A stretch of 64,000 bases of DNA from Myxococcota bacterium (lineage in GTDB: Bacteria > Myxococcota_A > UBA9160 > UBA4427): NCBI GenBank assembly GCA_028284295.1, contig JANQSB010000068.1, positions 5,571 to 69,570 on the forward strand. The letters run 5' to 3'. Shown here one piece after another: positions 1-8,528 of the stretch. Position 1 is the stretch's first letter; every line of letters starts with the position of its first letter. The notes under the pieces were generated by a model. It made no database searches and had not been told where the DNA came from. It saw nothing but the letters and a program-made list of their open reading frames with translations. The translations under genes and the position numbers were made by a program.

Positions 1-1814
1 ACGCTGCCGGTCCCGACGCTCGTGACCTGGTGGTCGACGGCGATGTCGATCGCGCCCAGCCCGCGGGCCACGCCGAGGCTGAGGGCGCCCGTGGACTCGA
101 CCAGCCGGTCGATGATGCCCCGGTCGATCCGCTGCCACATCCAGCGGGCGGCAGCGAGGGTCGGGCGCGCGATGAACACCTCGTACATCTCTTCGAAGTA
201 GCCCCGGTTCAGGAAGAAGACATAGAGACGCTTCTGCCAGGCCGGGACGGGCCGGGAAGACCCCCGATCGCGCCGCGCGTAGGCGACGACCCAGCCCAGC
301 CCGGCGACCGCGAGAGGCACGAGCACCCAGGAGCTCGGTCCGACGCTTTGCTGCACCGGCATCCCTCCCACGGCCGTCGACAGGAAGTCCGCGAACCAGC
401 GCCACACGACCAGGAGCAGCGCGATCGCGAAGCCCGCCATCACCGCGATGCCGACGAGGTGCCGCGGCGAGAACGGTGCGGGGGCCACGCGCCCGCCCGG
501 ACCCACCCCGGAGACGCCGTGGCGGAACACCGTCGTGAAGGCCCGGAAGAGGACCATCGCGGTCGCGAAGACCGTACCCAGGCCGACGACCCACAGGGCG
601 GCGCTCGCCGCCCCGAAGCCCTGGGAGAGCCACAGGCCCTGGTAGGCGCCCGAGAAGACCACGAGGGGCGGAAGCGCGGACAGGACCAGGGCCCATGCGA
701 AGAGCCCGCTCGCGGAGCCGTCCGTCTCTTCTTCGGCCAGGCCGAGACGGCGATGCGTACCCGCCAGCGCGTTGCCGGTGGAGAGAAAGAAGAAGGCCTT
801 GAAGAAGCCGTGGGCGAGCAGGTGGAAGATCGCCGCGACGAATGCGCCGACGCCGCAGAGGAAGGTCATGAAGCCCAGCTGGCTGATCGTCGAATAGGCC
901 AGGGTGCGTTTCACGTCGGTCTGGGTCAGCGAAACGAGAGCGGCGAACAGGGCCGTGACGGCGCCCACGCAGGCGATGACGGCCATTGCCGGGCCCGAGA
1001 GAACGATCACGGGGCTCAGTCGGACGAGGAGGAAGGGGCCCGCGTTGACCATCGTCGCCGCGTGGATCAACGCCGAGACGGGCGTGGGCGCCTCCATCGC
1101 GAGCGGCAGCCAGGCGTGCGTCGGCACCTGCGCGGACTTTCCCATCGCGCCGACGAAGATGCACAGCGTGAGCAGGGTGACCGTGGACGTCGGGATCTCG
1201 GTGCCGGAGCGCGCCTGCGCGAGGATCTCCGGGATGCTCAGCGTCTCGAAGGTCGTGAAGATCAGGATGATGCCCAGGAAGAGGCCCAGGTCCGCCACGG
1301 CGTTGACCAGGAAGACCTTCGTGGCGGCCTGGGCGGCGGCGGGACGCTCGGCGTAGTGGGAGATGAGCAGGTAGGAGCAGAGCCCCATGACCTCCCAGAA
1401 CATGAAGGTCAACAGCAGGTTGCTGCTCATCACCAGCACCGTCATCGCGCCCGTGAAGAGTGCGGTGAGGGCGAAGAAGCGGCTGTGTCGCGCGTCGCCC
1501 ACCATGTAGCGAGCGGCGTAGACCTGGACGATCGTGCTGACGCCGGTGACCAGCAAGAGAACCACCACCGTGAGCCGATCGAGGAAGAGACCCGCGTCGA
1601 TCTCGAGCCTTCCGGATTCCAGGAGGCGATAGAGATGGATCTCGATGGCGCCATTCGCCGATACGTCCAGGAACGCCCCGATGGACAGGAGGAACGACGC
1701 GGCGATCGCCGGGATCACGAGCCGGTGGCCCTTGCCCTCCAGGCGGGTCCCGAAGAGGGCCAGGGCGAGTGCGGCGGCGAAGGGAAGGAGCGGGATCAGC
1801 GCGTAGACGGACAT
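1..1814 (-). CDS. NuoL/MrpA-N-type antiporter-like subunit (candidate DabB-type partner); 3' end lies beyond the window edge
   Basis: Absent from the ORF track because there is no stop inside the window. My minus-strand translation from ATG 1814-1812 reads MSVYALIPLLPFAAALALALFG... It contains WEVMGLCSYLLISHY and GKSAQVPTHAWLPLAMEAPTPVSALIHAATMVNAG, typical of NuoL/MrpA/DabB. A distal RGYFEEMYEVFIARP segment resembles the NuoL lateral-helix region. The gene starts 5 nt after the mrpD stop. Confidence 0.85.
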   Translation of the reverse strand, partial: MSVYALIPLLPFAAALALALFGTRLEGKGHRLVIPAIAASFLLSIGAFLDVSANGAIEIHLYRLLESGRLEIDAGLFLDRLTVVVLLLVTGVSTIVQVYAARYMVGDARHSRFFALTALFTGAMTVLVMSSNLLLTFMFWEVMGLCSYLLISHYAERPAAAQAATKVFLVNAVADLGLFLGIILIFTTFETLSIPEILAQARSGTEIPTSTVTLLTLCIFVGAMGKSAQVPTHAWLPLAMEAPTPVSALIHAATMVNAGPFLLVRLSPVIVLSGPAMAVIACVGAVTALFAALVSLTQTDVKRTLAYSTISQLGFMTFLCGVGAFVAAIFHLLAHGFFKAFFFLSTGNALAGTHRRLGLAEEETDGSASGLFAWALVLSALPPLVVFSGAYQGLWLSQGFGAASAALWVVGLGTVFATAMVLFRAFTTVFRHGVSGVGPGGRVAPAPFSPRHLVGIAVMAGFAIALLLVVWRWFADFLSTAVGGMPVQQSVGPSSWVLVPLAVAGLGWVVAYARRDRGSSRPVPAWQKRLYVFFLNRGYFEEMYEVFIARPTLAAARWMWQRIDRGIIDRLVESTGALSLGVARGLGAIDIAVDHQVTSVGTGS

Positions 1815-1819
1815 GACGC

Positions 1820-3283
1820 TCAGATGCCCCCGCCCGACACGAAGTCGATCAGCACCTTGAAGATCGGGTCGCTGAAGATTCCGAGCGCGATCAGCGCGAC
1901 CGACGCCACGCCCAGGCTCGCCATCAGCGAGCCGGGTGCCATCGGGGCCTCGGCGCTGGTGGCACCCGGCCGGTGGAACCAGGCGGCGAAGACCCTGACG
2001 AAGTACCCGAGCGTGAGCAGGGTGGAGGCGACCACCGAGAAGGCGGCGAGATAGTGCTCCGCCTCGAGGGCTCCCAGCACGATGTTCCACTTGCCGAAGA
2101 ATCCGCCCGTGGGAGGCAGACCGACCATGCCCACCGCGACGACGATCAGGGCGCCGGTCAGCCACGGCGAAGGCCGGCCCATCGCGCGCAGATCGTCGAG
2201 GGTGCGCACCCCGTGGCCGTGGACGAGGGCGCCGGCGATCATGAACAGCACCGCCTGCATGACGGAATCGTTGAGCAGGTAGAAGATCCCGCCGGCGAAG
2301 CCGGTGGCGTTGCCGAGGCTCACGCCGACCAGGATCAGGCCGACGTGGCCGATCCCTCCATAGGCGAACATCCGCTTGAGGTCCGTCTGGATCAGCGCCA
2401 GGGCCCCACCGACCACGGCTGCGAGCACCCCGACCTCCTCGAGGAGCACCAGGACGGGGACCGCGCTCACTTCGGCGCCGGGCAGGATCAGCGAGTACTC
2501 GATTCGGACCCAGGCCACCAGCGCGACCTTGGTCACGGTCGAGGCGAGCAGGGGACTGACCGTCTCGGGCGCATTCTGATAGGCGTCCGGCAGCCAGCCG
2601 TGGAGCGGAATCAGGGCCATCTTGATCGACAGCCCCAGGAAGATGTAGATCAGCCCGCCGGCGACCGCGGTCGATGTCAGCAGGTCGGGAATCCGGGTGG
2701 CCAGATCGGCCATGTTCAGGGTGCCGGTCGCGACGTAGAGGTGGCCCACCCCGAGCAGGTAGAGGCTTGCGCCCAAGGAGCCCAGCAGCAGGTATCGGAA
2801 GGCGTAGACCGCGCCCTTCCCGCCGGATGCGCCCACGAGCGCATAGGCCGCGAGCGCGGAGACCTCGAGGAAGACGAAGAGGTTGAAGAGATCCGCGGCA
2901 AAGACGATCCCCACGAGACCGGCCAACAGCACGAGGATCAGCGTGTAGTACGACACGCTCCGCTCGAGCCGGGCAGGCACGACCACGCGCCCGTACACGA
3001 GCGTCAGCAGCGAGACGGTGCTCACGGCCAGGACCACGACCGCCGCCAGGGAGTCGTTCAGCCAGGCAATGCCGATGGGCGCGGCCCACCCTCCCAACGC
3101 GTACTCGATCGGGCCCTGCGTCAGGACGATCCTCAGATTGTAGGCCGCCACGAGGGTCATGAGCGCGATCGCGCCCAGCGCGATGGGCTGGCGCCACGCG
3201 CTTCGCCTCGCGGTGACGATCGGCAGGGCGACTCCCGCGACGAAGGGGATCAGGAACAGGAGAATGGACATCCCCATGCTCAT
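1820..3283 (-). CDS. mrpD: MrpD/MbhH/NuoN-class antiporter-like subunit (487 aa)
   Basis: ORF 1820..3637 trimmed to ATG 3283 (MSMGMSILLFLIPF...). Polytopic, with the IPLHGWLPDAYQNAPETVSPLL motif. ATGA overlap with the mrpC stop at 3280. Confidence 0.85.
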   Translation of the reverse strand: MSMGMSILLFLIPFVAGVALPIVTARRSAWRQPIALGAIALMTLVAAYNLRIVLTQGPIEYALGGWAAPIGIAWLNDSLAAVVVLAVSTVSLLTLVYGRVVVPARLERSVSYYTLILVLLAGLVGIVFAADLFNLFVFLEVSALAAYALVGASGGKGAVYAFRYLLLGSLGASLYLLGVGHLYVATGTLNMADLATRIPDLLTSTAVAGGLIYIFLGLSIKMALIPLHGWLPDAYQNAPETVSPLLASTVTKVALVAWVRIEYSLILPGAEVSAVPVLVLLEEVGVLAAVVGGALALIQTDLKRMFAYGGIGHVGLILVGVSLGNATGFAGGIFYLLNDSVMQAVLFMIAGALVHGHGVRTLDDLRAMGRPSPWLTGALIVVAVGMVGLPPTGGFFGKWNIVLGALEAEHYLAAFSVVASTLLTLGYFVRVFAAWFHRPGATSAEAPMAPGSLMASLGVASVALIALGIFSDPIFKVLIDFVSGGGI

Positions 3284-3678
3284 TCGGCCCTTTGCAGCAC
3301 TTCGTTCTCGTCCAGGCTGCGGTACTTCCGGTAGGCCGCCGAGACCAGGGCGAGAGACACTCCGAGGGTGGCGACCTGGACGACGATCGCGGTGACCGTC
3401 AAAGCGTGGGGCAGTGGGTTGGCGTACTCCACCGCGTCGACGGGCATCGAGTCGGGCCGGATGACTGGAACGGTCGCGCCCTCCTTCGAACTGAAGGCCA
3501 CCAGGAAGAAGATCACGCTGGTCTGCAGGATGTAGAGCCCGATCAGCTTCTTCACCAGGTTGGTGTGCACCACCATGATGTAGAGGCCCCACAGAAAGAG
3601 GGTCACGAAGACGATGAAGTTGGGCCGCAGGAGCCACTCGTGGACCAGATCAAGCACGGAAAGGCTCGTCCTCGGCAT
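3280..3678 (-). CDS. mrpC: MrpC/MnhC (NuoK-like) subunit
   Basis: 132-aa ORF with three predicted TM helices (FIVFVTLFLWGLYIMVV, LIGLYILQTSVIFFLVAF, TAIVVQVATLGVSLALV). The start could be GTG 3657 instead. Confidence 0.8.
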   Translation of the reverse strand: MPRTSLSVLDLVHEWLLRPNFIVFVTLFLWGLYIMVVHTNLVKKLIGLYILQTSVIFFLVAFSSKEGATVPVIRPDSMPVDAVEYANPLPHALTVTAIVVQVATLGVSLALVSAAYRKYRSLDENEVLQRAE

Positions 3679-4111
3679 CGTCCTCGTCGTCCGCCGAGAG
3701 GCTGATCGAAATCGATACCCCCGTGACGGCGACGTCGAGGGCGACGCCGATCTGGGTCAACAGGATCCCCAGGTAGCGCCGGGAGGCTTCGTCCAGACCC
3801 GGGACCTGCAGGTTTGCGTAGTTGAGGTAGACGCCACCGCCGATCAGGCAGAGACCGCCGACGCCCGCGAAGAGCAGCAGCCCCAGCCCGTCGCCATGCA
3901 GGACCATCCGGGAGAGCCAGGTGTCCTTCGTGTCCAGCCCGTAGATCAGGTTCGCGAGGATCATGCTCGCCGCCAGCACGACGCCTCCCACGAAGCCTCC
4001 ACCCGGCCCGTACTGGCCGAAGACGAGGACATAGACGCCGAAGAGCTGCGCCACCGGAATCACGATCCGCCCGAGGGTGCGCACGATCACGCTGTCGTGT
4101 GAGTGGATCAT
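3650..4111 (-). CDS. mrpB: MrpB/MnhB-domain subunit (MbhF-like)
   Basis: 153 aa with the GQYGPGGGFVGGVVLAAS motif characteristic of the MnhB domain. 4-nt overlap with the upstream gene. Confidence 0.75.
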   Translation of the reverse strand: MIHSHDSVIVRTLGRIVIPVAQLFGVYVLVFGQYGPGGGFVGGVVLAASMILANLIYGLDTKDTWLSRMVLHGDGLGLLLFAGVGGLCLIGGGVYLNYANLQVPGLDEASRRYLGILLTQIGVALDVAVTGVSISISLSADDEDDAEDEPFRA

Positions 4112-4632
4112 CGAGCGCCGTTTCGCAGCAGGAGTGCGCAGGCGATGCCTGCCGTGAAGATGACCAGGGTCTCGACGAGGGTGTCCAGCGCGCGGTAGTC
4201 CATGAGGATGGCCGTCACGACGTTCGGGGTCCGGGTCTGTTCGACGCTGTTCTCCAGATACAACGGGGAGAGATGCGTGCTCGCCGGAGAGCGCGGGTCG
4301 TTGAACACGGGGAGGTCCCCGGCGCCGTAGAGCATCAGCAGGGCGAGCAGGGGCAATCCGATCAGCGCGACCTTCGGCACCGGCAGTCGTCGGAGCTCCG
4401 TGTCCTTCTCTTCGGTGCGCGAGAGCGTCAACAGGAAGAACACCGTGGCGAGGCCAGCGCCCACCACGGCCTCGACGAACGCGACGTCCACCGCGCCGAC
4501 GAGAGCCCAGACCAGCGCCAGGACGAAGCTGTACGAGCCGAGGATGAACACGCCCGAGACGAGATCCTTGACCAGGATCGCCCCGGCGGCGGTCATGACC
4601 AGCAACACGAGGAGGGGCAGCTCGAGAATCAA
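4108..4632 (-). CDS. Split MrpA C-terminal-like subunit (DUF4040-like N half plus MnhB-like C half; MbhD/E-like)
   Basis: 174 aa. The N half (LLVLLVMTAAGAILVKDLVSGVFILGSYSF...AVDVAFVEAVVGAG) looks like DUF4040. The C half has NVVTAILMDYRALDTLVETLVIF, typical of MnhB. Confidence 0.7.
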   Translation of the reverse strand: MILELPLLVLLVMTAAGAILVKDLVSGVFILGSYSFVLALVWALVGAVDVAFVEAVVGAGLATVFFLLTLSRTEEKDTELRRLPVPKVALIGLPLLALLMLYGAGDLPVFNDPRSPASTHLSPLYLENSVEQTRTPNVVTAILMDYRALDTLVETLVIFTAGIACALLLRNGAR

Positions 4633-4931
4633 GCGTTTTCTCCCGAGCCGGGCCGGAGGCCCGATCGATAGGCCGCGCGGATCGTCGCGTGGGCGATCAC
4701 CGGGTTGAGCAGGTAGATCAGGCCCAGCACGACCAGGATCTTGAGGAGGTTGGTATTGAAACCCTCGTAGAGGGCGAGTCCCACCAGAGTGAAGAGCGCT
4801 CCGAGCGAGTCCGTGAGCGACAAGGCGTGGGTCCGGGCGAACACGTCCGGCAGGCGCAGCATCCCGATCGAACCGACGACGAGGAAGAAGAGCCCGATCA
4901 GGATCAGGACCGTGCCGAGCCCGACCATCAC
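4629..4931 (-). CDS. mrpG: MrpG/MnhG subunit
   Basis: 100 aa with the GSIGMLRLPDVFARTHALS motif of the MnhG/PhaG family. Overlaps both neighbours by 4 nt. Confidence 0.8.
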   Translation of the reverse strand: MMVGLGTVLILIGLFFLVVGSIGMLRLPDVFARTHALSLTDSLGALFTLVGLALYEGFNTNLLKILVVLGLIYLLNPVIAHATIRAAYRSGLRPGSGENA

Positions 4932-5197
4932 TCTCGTTCCCCCCGCTCTTCCAAGAACTTGGTGATGGCCAACGCGCCGACGAGGTTCAGGATCGCATAG
5001 CCCGTGGAGATGTCGACGAACATGTCGACCCGTCCGAAGATCGTGCCGAGCAGGACGATCAGGATGATCGCCTTGGTCGAGATGCCGTTCAGGCCGAGCA
5101 CGCGATCGAAAGCCGTGGGACCTCGCACGACGCGATAGAGGTACACGAGCATCACCGTCGTCAACGCGACGAGTACGAAGAAGAGGAAGGTGTTCAC
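4928..5197 (-). CDS. mrpF: MrpF/MnhF subunit (89 aa)
   Basis: C-terminal part of ORF 4928..5515, starting at GTG 5197 (VNTFLFFVLVALTTVMLVYLYRVVRGPTAFDRVLGLN...). GTGA overlap with the mrpE stop. Confidence 0.75.
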   Translation of the reverse strand: MNTFLFFVLVALTTVMLVYLYRVVRGPTAFDRVLGLNGISTKAIILIVLLGTIFGRVDMFVDISTGYAILNLVGALAITKFLEERGERE

Positions 5198-5661
5198 GAA
5201 TCGCTCGTTTCGGATCGGAACATGTCCGCCACCTTGCCTTCCAGTGCGCCGCCCACCAGGTCTTCGGTCGACTCCTCGTCGATGGCGTGCACCACGAGCT
5301 GCCCGGGCGCGACCTCCACCGTGATGGTTCCCGGCGTCAGCGTGATCGAGTTGCCGAGCACGACCAGCTCGCCGTCGCTCGTGAGCCGGGTGCGATGGCT
5401 CACGAGTCTCGGGGAGATCGGCAGCGACGGATGCAGGATCAGCCGGCTGACGTGCACCCCGCTCTTCAGGATGCGGCCGAAGAGCCAGGGCCCGTAGGCC
5501 AGCGCCGCGAGCCACGAGAGCCGCCGCTTGTGGGGGAGGACCGGGTTCACCCAGGCCACCAGTCCGGCGATGATCGCGCCCACGGCCACGTGGGCCGGGG
5601 ACAGCGTCGCCGACAAGCTGAGCCAGAGCGCGAAGAGCACGGCCGCCGTCACGAACCTCAC
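5194..5661 (-). CDS. mrpE: MrpE/MnhE subunit (~155 aa)
   Basis: C-terminal tail of the artefactual 989-aa ORF 5194..8163 (VRFVTAAVLFALWLSLS...NSITLTPGTITVEVAPGQLVVHAIDEES). GTG 5661 overlaps the dabA stop; GTG 5652 is an alternative start. Confidence 0.75.
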   Translation of the reverse strand: MRFVTAAVLFALWLSLSATLSPAHVAVGAIIAGLVAWVNPVLPHKRRLSWLAALAYGPWLFGRILKSGVHVSRLILHPSLPISPRLVSHRTRLTSDGELVVLGNSITLTPGTITVEVAPGQLVVHAIDEESTEDLVGGALEGKVADMFRSETSDS

Positions 5662-8525
5662 AGCTCGACGGGCTCCCAGCTCGAGTCCGTGTTGTAGCGC
5701 TGGAAGGTGAAGGTCTCCCGATCGAGGACGACCAGGTTCAGCCACTCGTTGTGGAAGAAGTGCTGGAGGATCTCGTGCCGGGCGATGATCCCTCCGACGA
5801 TCGAGGGCTCGGCCTCGATGATCGCCAGCAGGCGCATCGGCTCGTGGAAGTGGACGTCGCCATCGTTGACCGTCTGCAGGGGGAGGCCGGTCGCCAGATC
5901 GCTCTGGGAGCCGTACATCACGCCGATCCCCCCCACGATGTTGTGGATGACCTTGCTGCCGCTGCCGTACTTCCACGGATCCGTCGCCGAGGTGTAGTAC
6001 TGCATGTTGATCCACTCGCCGACCACGAGCGGGGCCGTCATGATCTTCTCGAGGATCGCGCCCTCCGGGTCGGTGCTCGCATCGTAGGAGTGCAGGAAGC
6101 AGCGCCCGCCGATGTTCACGCCCTTCGTCAGCGCTCGGCGGCCGATGATGAAGGCGGCGTTTCCGGAGAGTCCCCATTCGGGCCGCGTGGTCGCCCAGTC
6201 GATCGCTCGCGACGCCGCGTGGGCATGCGCCTTCTCCGGCGTCATGCCGCGGGGGGTCCCTGGGATGCGAGCGCATCGCTCCAGGGCCTGTTGCTGCCCC
6301 GCCTCCAGGAAGCAGCGACCCAGCTCCTCCAGGTCGTCGCGGTGCGTGTCGGGCAGGTCCACGAGGTCGTAGAAGGCGACCCGATCGGCCGTGGTGTCGT
6401 GCTTGGCAGCGAGGAAGTAGGTGTCCTCGGGGACCTGGAGTCCGCGCTTCGCCAGCTCGGCGCGCACCTCGGGACGGTTCCCCATCTCGGCGAACGCCCG
6501 CGCGTTGGGGTCTCCGTGGCGTCCGCCGCACGCGCCGCAGTCGAGCGCCGCCGCGTAGGGATTGTTCTCGGTCGTGCTGCCGTGACCGCACAGCACCACG
6601 AAGCGAGCGAAGTCGTCGATGAGGCCGATCGTGCGCAGTCCGCCCTCCACGAAGTCGGCCTGCTGTTCGATCGAGAATCCGCGAGCCAGCTCGACCGGGA
6701 GTCCGCCCACGTGGGGCGGGTCTTCGGTGGCGGAATCCACCGGAACGCTGGTCACGACCGGCTGGACGAACCACCCGCGGACGCTGCGCACCAGCGCTTC
6801 GTAGGGGCGCCGCAGCAGGGTCTTGCCCACCAGCGCGGCGCTGAAGAAGAGGCCGAGGAGGTCGACCAGCAGGAAGGCCGCGATGGGGTTGTGCTTGAGG
6901 TCGTGGAGCAGGTGCTCCCCGAGCTGCTTCCAGCGCGATCCCGATGCGTAGCTCTCGAGGGCCTGCTCCTCCCCGGCGCGGGGCAGCTCGAGGAGCGCGT
7001 TCGAGGGCGTCAGCAGCACCGGACAGAGCGGAAACGACTCCTCGGTGTCGAAGCTGCGGTGATCGATGGGGATGCCGAAGAAGCCGGCGTAGCCGAAGGT
7101 CTCGAAGGCCCCGGTCTCCTCGAAGTGCCGGCGAAACGGCTCGGAGCGCACGTCGATGCAGAAGGCTGCCTGAGCCAGGGGACGGCCATCGATCGCCGGA
7201 GCCGAGGCCCGGTGATCCGCGATCTTCGACAGGAGCTCGTGGCGGAAGGAGTCCTCGTAGGCTTCCAGCCAGACCGGGTTCTGCCGCTCTTCGGGAAAGG
7301 CGTCCAGCCAGGCCAGCATCGTCTGTGCGTCCTCGCGTCGCATCGAGCGCAGGTCGTTGGCCGGGAGATCCAGGAGCTGTGCGAGGTGGAAGAGGCGCCA
7401 CGCGTCCCGACACACGGCGAGCTTGTTGGCATCGACCTGGGCATGAGGCGTCTCGCCGCTTGCCGAGAGCTGGCTCGTGATCGCGGGCAGGGTTCCGGCC
7501 ACGCCCCACTGGCGACGCGTCTCGACGGCGACGAGCTCGACTTCGTAGAACAAGCGAACGGCGAGATACTGCGTCACGTCGATCGGGTTGGACTTCTGGA
7601 TCGGATCGTCGGGGTTCAGATCGCGCCAGCGGACCAATCCCGTCCAGCCCGGCAGCTGAGCGAGCACCCGGGCCAGGTAGTCCGGCCAGCGGGCCTCCGG
7701 GATCTGCAGTGTCTCGAGGGCGCCCCGGACGGCCGCTTCCGGGTCGTCGGGCAGCGCGGCGAGCTTCTCGGTGAAACGCTCGATGCCCATCAGCCGACCG
7801 CTCGCGTCGTGCTGGGCGAGCTCCCGCCAGGCGGCATAGAAGCCGGCGCGTTTCGACGGCATCTCCCATCCGGCCATGCCCTCGTCGACGAAAGAGGAGA
7901 CCCACTTGATCACCTGGGAGTCGATCCGGGCGACGACGGAGTTGCCCGTCGCTTCCTCTACCCAGTCGCTGAGCGCGCGACGAAAGGGAAGCTCGACCGT
8001 CCCGGCCCCTTCGGGCGCTCCAGCCCCGGCGTCCGCATGTCCGGACGAAGGATCGACCAGGTCGAGCAGGGAGAGCGCGGCCTGCCAGAGCGCGCCGACA
8101 TCGGCGCCCGCGGCCGCGCCGGAGCGCGGCCGCGACAGCGCTCCATGGCTCGTGACCTGCCATTCGAAGAGCGCGGGTTCCAGCGCGTCGATCCCGTGCA
8201 GGAGATGCGTCCGCCGTACCTCGGACGCCGAGATCGTTCGGGAAGGCAGCGACACCGATTCGCCGCCGTCGGGCGCGATTCGCGCGAGGGCCCGGTCGAT
8301 GCTGCGTTCCCCGATGCGGCCCGCGCGGTGCAACTCACGGTACTCGGCCAGGGGCAGGTAGCCTTCGGCGCCGAGCAGCTGCCTCGCCTGCTGGACCGCC
8401 TCGTCGAAAGGCAGGTGCTCGAGACCCTGGATCGGGTTGTGGGATACGAACCCCTTCATCGGCCAGAACTGCGAGACCGGTTCGGCGGCCTCCTGGATCT
8501 GGTCGCGCAGCGCGTTCGTCGTCAT
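5658..8525 (-). CDS. dabA: DabA (DUF2309) beta-carbonic-anhydrase-like inorganic-carbon transporter subunit, 955 aa
   Basis: N terminus ...FWPMKGFVSHNPIQGLEHLPFDEA, central AAFCIDVRSEPFRRH, and distal VLCGHGSTTENNPYAAALDCGACGG are the hallmark DUF2309/DabA blocks. Starts 3 nt after the SulP stop. Confidence 0.9.
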   Translation of the reverse strand: MTTNALRDQIQEAAEPVSQFWPMKGFVSHNPIQGLEHLPFDEAVQQARQLLGAEGYLPLAEYRELHRAGRIGERSIDRALARIAPDGGESVSLPSRTISASEVRRTHLLHGIDALEPALFEWQVTSHGALSRPRSGAAAGADVGALWQAALSLLDLVDPSSGHADAGAGAPEGAGTVELPFRRALSDWVEEATGNSVVARIDSQVIKWVSSFVDEGMAGWEMPSKRAGFYAAWRELAQHDASGRLMGIERFTEKLAALPDDPEAAVRGALETLQIPEARWPDYLARVLAQLPGWTGLVRWRDLNPDDPIQKSNPIDVTQYLAVRLFYEVELVAVETRRQWGVAGTLPAITSQLSASGETPHAQVDANKLAVCRDAWRLFHLAQLLDLPANDLRSMRREDAQTMLAWLDAFPEERQNPVWLEAYEDSFRHELLSKIADHRASAPAIDGRPLAQAAFCIDVRSEPFRRHFEETGAFETFGYAGFFGIPIDHRSFDTEESFPLCPVLLTPSNALLELPRAGEEQALESYASGSRWKQLGEHLLHDLKHNPIAAFLLVDLLGLFFSAALVGKTLLRRPYEALVRSVRGWFVQPVVTSVPVDSATEDPPHVGGLPVELARGFSIEQQADFVEGGLRTIGLIDDFARFVVLCGHGSTTENNPYAAALDCGACGGRHGDPNARAFAEMGNRPEVRAELAKRGLQVPEDTYFLAAKHDTTADRVAFYDLVDLPDTHRDDLEELGRCFLEAGQQQALERCARIPGTPRGMTPEKAHAHAASRAIDWATTRPEWGLSGNAAFIIGRRALTKGVNIGGRCFLHSYDASTDPEGAILEKIMTAPLVVGEWINMQYYTSATDPWKYGSGSKVIHNIVGGIGVMYGSQSDLATGLPLQTVNDGDVHFHEPMRLLAIIEAEPSIVGGIIARHEILQHFFHNEWLNLVVLDRETFTFQRYNTDSSWEPVEL

Positions 8526-8528
8526 CGG

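Noticed and set aside
30-2054. 674-aa plus-strand ORF at the left edge
   Set aside because: Its composition is Arg/Asp/Glu/Gly/His-rich and low-complexity, with no motifs. It is antisense to a clean NuoL-like and mrpD reading frame on the minus strand, which makes it a GC-driven open frame.
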